A stretch of DNA of 63,530 nucleotides, counting the filler, from Conidiobolus incongruus B7586 (taxonomy: Eukaryota), in NCBI GenBank assembly GCA_000697335.1. It is 7 parts of 7 records of this genome, joined end to end, with 100 filler letters (N's around TTAATTAATTAA, not from the genome) between each part and the next. Parts side by side here need not be neighbours in the genome. Positions count along the whole stretch, not along the records: positions 50,820 to 60,352 come from JNEM01000104.1; positions 60,453 to 61,583 come from JNEM01000106.1; positions 61,684 to 63,530 come from JNEM01000139.1; 4 more parts are not named here. One strand, given 5' to 3'. The position numbers and the translations under genes were made by a program. Shown piece by piece: positions 58,703-63,530 of this stretch; position 1 is the first letter of the stretch, and every line of letters begins with the position of its first letter. The notes under the pieces are model-generated. The model was not told where the DNA came from. It worked only from the letters and a program-made list of their open reading frames with translations, and searched no databases.

Positions 58703-60352
58703 TTATTCAAAAATAATTAATAAACAAAAATTAATATATTCAATGGCATTTTAACTCAGTCAACAATCCAATAATTTGACTTAATTATTACATTTAAATT
58801 ACTTTTTAATCAAAATTTTTAAATTTTTTATTTTCAATTTTGACCTTTTGGAAGTTATAAAGTTGAAAATTACATTATCATAATATATGGAGCTTGTATG
58901 GTATCCATACAACAATAACTTAATGGATCTATATCTTATAATAACCTAAATTATAATTCAATTCAATTTTACTCAAAATTTTTATTTTATACTGTTTTGA
59001 AATTTTTGTAAAAATTGATAATAGTTTAATAAAGTTAGAAAAATTATATTTTGACCTTTTGCTCAATTTGATAATATTGGAATTGGAAAGGTTAGTGTAA
59101 TCATAATCTCTATTAATACTGTGGATCTATATTTTATCTTTCAAAGACACAATTTCAATTATTATATATTACATGATACAAATCCATTATCACTATGGAT
59201 TAATTAATAGCAATGGATTTTATCACCTGAATGAATAAAGATTTTTATTAGACTTAAGAAATCAAAGTGATATTTTGCAGAATATATTGATACGTTACTT
59301 GTGGGATCCACCCAAAGGATACGGTTCCAGAGTTAAGGGTTCTTGTTTGTATTAGGATTTATTAGAGATGAAGTAATAACAGTATATTGAAGAGTGGGGG
59401 GGATTGTAAATGGTTTATAGGATATTCAATGGGGTTAGCAGTTTAAGCTCTTACTAAGATTTGATTTTAATTACTTGATTAGGTAGATTTATTTTAATTC
59501 ATTTTTTTAATTATTAAATATTACGGTATATGGTTTTATATCATATTTGCACTATTTTGAAAATTTAATTAAAATTTAACCAAGTTTTCATGAGATATAA
59601 ATTTTTCCAATATAAAAATATTTTTTATTTATAAAATATTTCTGATCTTATATAGATATTATAAAATATATATTGATTTCCAATATATAGGATAATTAGT
59701 TTAAATAACTATATTTTAAACCTATTAAATTAAACGTCATTCTTAAAATTAATATAATAATTTGGAATATTTAATAATTCAAAGCTGGATAGTAATTGAT
59801 ATATTATTTATTATCAAAATTATATATTTTTAATATAGCTTTATATATCTATGAGATGATTAATTATATGATTTTTTAATATATTTCTTTAAAATCCAAA
59901 TATATATCTTATTAAATTACTATATTTGAATAAAGTAATAAAATAGTTTTTCTTTTATCCTCTTAGATTTTCATTATATTATATATTATATATTATTATT
60001 ATTAATATTGTTTGATATAATATAATCCATAATATTATTTAATATATTTTAATATTAAGAATATTTCATATTATATTAATTTATTTGATTATTAATAATA
60101 TAGTCCTTTTTTGCAATATATTAAATATACCATTAATTGACATAATATAAATTTTTTAATAATATATTTACCTTGTTCAATTTATATCTTTTAATTACAT
60201 TGTTTAACTTTGAAATAATATAGAATTTTATTAATTTTTCTATTAGATTTTAAAAAAAACTTTATATAATAATTAGTAATATATCTTGTATAATTCAAAA
60301 TACTCCTTTTTTGAAATTTATATATATATAATTAAATTTTATTTTTAATTTA

Positions 60353-60452
60353 NNNNNNNNNNNNNNNNNNNNNNNNNNNNNNNNNNNNNNNNNNNNTTAA
60401 TTAATTAANNNNNNNNNNNNNNNNNNNNNNNNNNNNNNNNNNNNNNNNNNNN
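60353..60452. other. Assembly gap linker
   Basis: 44N-TTAATTAATTAA-44N. Confidence 0.97.
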
Positions 60453-61103
60453 CATAATTGTATCAACTGTGACCATCGCAATTATTTATTCATTTTTCAA
60501 GACCATTTGCAAATTATTTAACATTTATACTAAACAAAAGCAGGAATAAATTTATCAATATTTTTAATTAATATTATCTATTACAAGCAAATAAATTTTA
60601 ATTTATCTTGAATTAATCAATAAATTTTGTATTGATATTTTTACAATTATATCAATCAATTAATAAATTATCCTCTATTATAATATAAAATCAAACATAT
60701 TGATCCTTTTTATCCTTTTTAATAATATACTAATAACAAATAACAATTTCTTAAATATCAATTTTAAATCTAAATTTATAGATTTTATAACAATTTTAGC
60801 TATCATAAATAATAAATTAACTTATAGATATATCTATGAAATTTAAATTGATTCTTATAAAAGCCTAATATAAATAATACTAACTCAAAATAATAATATT
60901 ATTCAAATATTTTAGTTGAGTTAGAAAATTAAATGCTAAATCCGATTAAAATTATTTTATAATTTAAATAACTTATATGGCTATTTACTAAGAAATGTAA
61001 AAAAAAATTATTTAAAATTAATGAATAATTAAATATTGAGAAATAAATTAAAATTTGAATAGTGCAATTAAAAAATGATGTATAAATAGACGTCATAAAT
61101 TAA

Positions 61104-61184
61104 CGACAAGAGCAGGATTTGAACCTACGCGGGAAATCCCATGTGCTTTCTAGGCACACGCCTTAACCACTCGGCCATCTTGTC
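61104..61184 (-). tRNA. tRNA-Ser(AGA)
   Basis: Reverse complement GACAAGATGGCCGAGTGGTTAAGGCGTGTGCCTAGAAAGCACATGGGATTTCCCGCGTAGGTTCAAATCCTGCTCTTGTCG; anticodon arm TGTGC-CT AGA AA-GCACA, long variable arm GGG/CCC, G discriminator. Confidence 0.94.
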
Positions 61185-61583
61185 CTAATCGATTGCCCAT
61201 CAAAAATTAATTTAAAACCCTTAATAAATTAATATTTTCATCTCAAACTTTATTTTTTTCTCTTAATTGCAATTATTTCATATCCCTTAATTATTTTTAT
61301 ATTTTTCAAAGCGTTTGTTTTATATAAATTTATTTTAATACTTTGCAATATTTTCAATGTCAATTCACTTTTCTTCATAATATTTAATTTCACTATTTTA
61401 TATTTTAACTTTGTATTATTTTTATTTATTTTAAAATCTCAAATTTTAACTAAATCAGTTAAACAAAATGATTATCGGGTATCTAATAATAGTGATTTTT
61501 CGAAGAAAATAAATAAACATTGTAATATGATATTTTTAGATGAGCTTTAATGGCTTGATCAATCTGAGGAATCACTGCTAAAG

Positions 61584-61683
61584 NNNNNNNNNNNNNNNNN
61601 NNNNNNNNNNNNNNNNNNNNNNNNNNNTTAATTAATTAANNNNNNNNNNNNNNNNNNNNNNNNNNNNNNNNNNNNNNNNNNNN
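61584..61683. other. Assembly gap linker
   Basis: 44N-TTAATTAATTAA-44N. Confidence 0.97.
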
Positions 61684-63530
61684 TTTATTCAATGATTATA
61701 CAATATTATTATATATCTACATATATGTATATAAGAGTAATAAATCTTTTTTAATCCTTTTTCAATCAATATTTTAAAATTCTGGATATTAATCTTATAT
61801 TTACAACTATTGAGCAATGTCTTTTTTAACTAATATCATCATTTTAAATTATGCACTAGTCTAATTTAGTTAGGAATATAATAATCTCTAAAGTCTTTTT
61901 AATCATACAAGTCTTAAATATTCAATTAATTAATATATTCAAGATATATATATTAAATTAATTTGTAGATTCTTATTAAATACAATATTCAATGATAGAA
62001 TAATATATATTCATGGTAATTACTTATTATCTGATGTTGACTAAATAAAAATATTTTATAAATAATCTTATATATACCTATAATGTCTATATTATTCCAT
62101 GATAAAATAAATATTTTTTCTTTTGCTAAGCTTACCTTATAATATTTCAACAAATATAAATAATCTTTATTAGATTATATTAATATCTCTTGATTAATTC
62201 TGTTTAATAATTATGATAAATAAATTAATACTTGATATATCCTTTAATATATTAAATAATTAAAGCAGCAATATTTAATTATAACCATTTTATATTAATT
62301 TTATGATTGAGATCATTGTTATTAAAATATTATATTAAAATATTCATAGGTAGAGTGTGTAAATATTAGCAAATATAATATTAACCAAATCAATATTTAT
62401 TAATTTGATTATGATTTTTCTAAACAAAATATTTATATTATAAAAATTTCACTAATATATTATAGGGAATTTTAAAGATATAATATATTAATGTAAATAT
62501 TATAGAATTTATTTATTTGATATATTAAGTTAGTTTGCAATAAGATTTCATATTCAAGGCAATTCATATATTTTGTATAATTTGCAATAATAATATACTA
62601 TTTAATAATAAAATTCTTTTTTGTATTATATATAACTAAAATCAAAAAATACTTAAAAAGACCATAGGTATAATACTATAATTTTATTTTAATAATAATT
62701 GTATTATTAGAACTTATTGGTCATTAGAAATGTTAATAAATTTTATATAAATAGCATAATATTGATATTGCTTATTATAATTATAATGCCAAATTATTTG
62801 ATTAATATAAATACTAACATAATAAATTTGATAATTAAAGTTAAATTGGTGATAGTATTTTGATATTTTAAAGCTAATTATATGCTACAAATCCTCAATA
62901 GAATTCCCATTCCATTAGGTGTTAAAACTCACTGTCTTTAGATAATACTTCCAAATTAATTTTAGCTCTTTGATCAAAATAGTTTTCCTATTTTTTTAGC
63001 ATTTTATAAATTCATACTGAATTCTATTAATATACTTTTCTGTTTATTTTATTCCAATAATTTATAACTCATATTGTTTAAATGATAAGAATTTCTAAAA
63101 TATTATTGTAATCCCTTATTATTTACTATTTTTTCCTCCAATTAACTCGAAATTCAATTCGTTAATATTTGTCATATTATTTTAATATCATTTGAAGGAA
63201 TATTATATTTGTTACAAGTATTAATTAAATTAAGAAAAGTTTTGAAAAGCAAATTAATATTTTTACTTTATATCAGAAAATATATCAAAATAATATAAAA
63301 TGAGGTTATAATATTGAGTGATTATTCATTTATAAGTTAAATTAAATGTAATCATATTTTATATAAAAAATATAAAAAAATTTTATAATTCTTATAAAAC
63401 TTAAAAAATTTAAATCAAAAATATTTAAATAAAATTTTTATTTATAAATTCAAAATATATATTAATAATTATATTATTTTGTCTTAATTCAGAAATTTAT
63501 TTTAATAAATATGATAAATTACATAATTTA

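Noticed and set aside
59420..59445. CAATGGGGTTAG as RNase MRP CR-V
   Set aside because: No matching GAAAGTCCCC-type CR-I upstream to form P4.
60453..63530. Possible eroded transposon or F-box/LRR remnants
   Set aside because: No ORF, terminal repeats or domain motif that I can support.

Overview
Very AT-rich eukaryotic DNA with short (about 45-65 nt) GT-AG introns. The gene content points to an aerobic early-diverging fungus; Entomophthoromycotina-like is my inference, not proven. Six 100-nt assembly linkers (44 N + TTAATTAATTAA + 44 N) split the window, so long-range linkage is uncertain. Genes reconstructed by hand: a StuA/Efg1-type APSES transcription factor, a 12-exon Slt2/Mpk1-type MAPK, PIG-F/Gpi11, an intronless alternative oxidase, a TBC1D5-like Rab-GAP, a PKA/PRKX-type catalytic subunit, RPS25, an Nst1-like protein, a small probably secreted orphan, an LCLAT1/Cst26-family acyltransferase, MON2, tRNA-Val(UAC) and tRNA-Ser(AGA). 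The strongest novel observation is that the acyltransferase frame can only be restored by a single-nucleotide exon (G49225) between two normal-sized introns. Other leads: an unexplained hairpin-rich GC island at 24.1-24.6 kb with a stem abutting ACCCUAAC (speculative telomerase-RNA candidate), a second structured GC island at 35.1-35.3 kb, a splice-generated AUG-UAA element before RPS25, and two CGG-N7-xGG motifs upstream of AOX.
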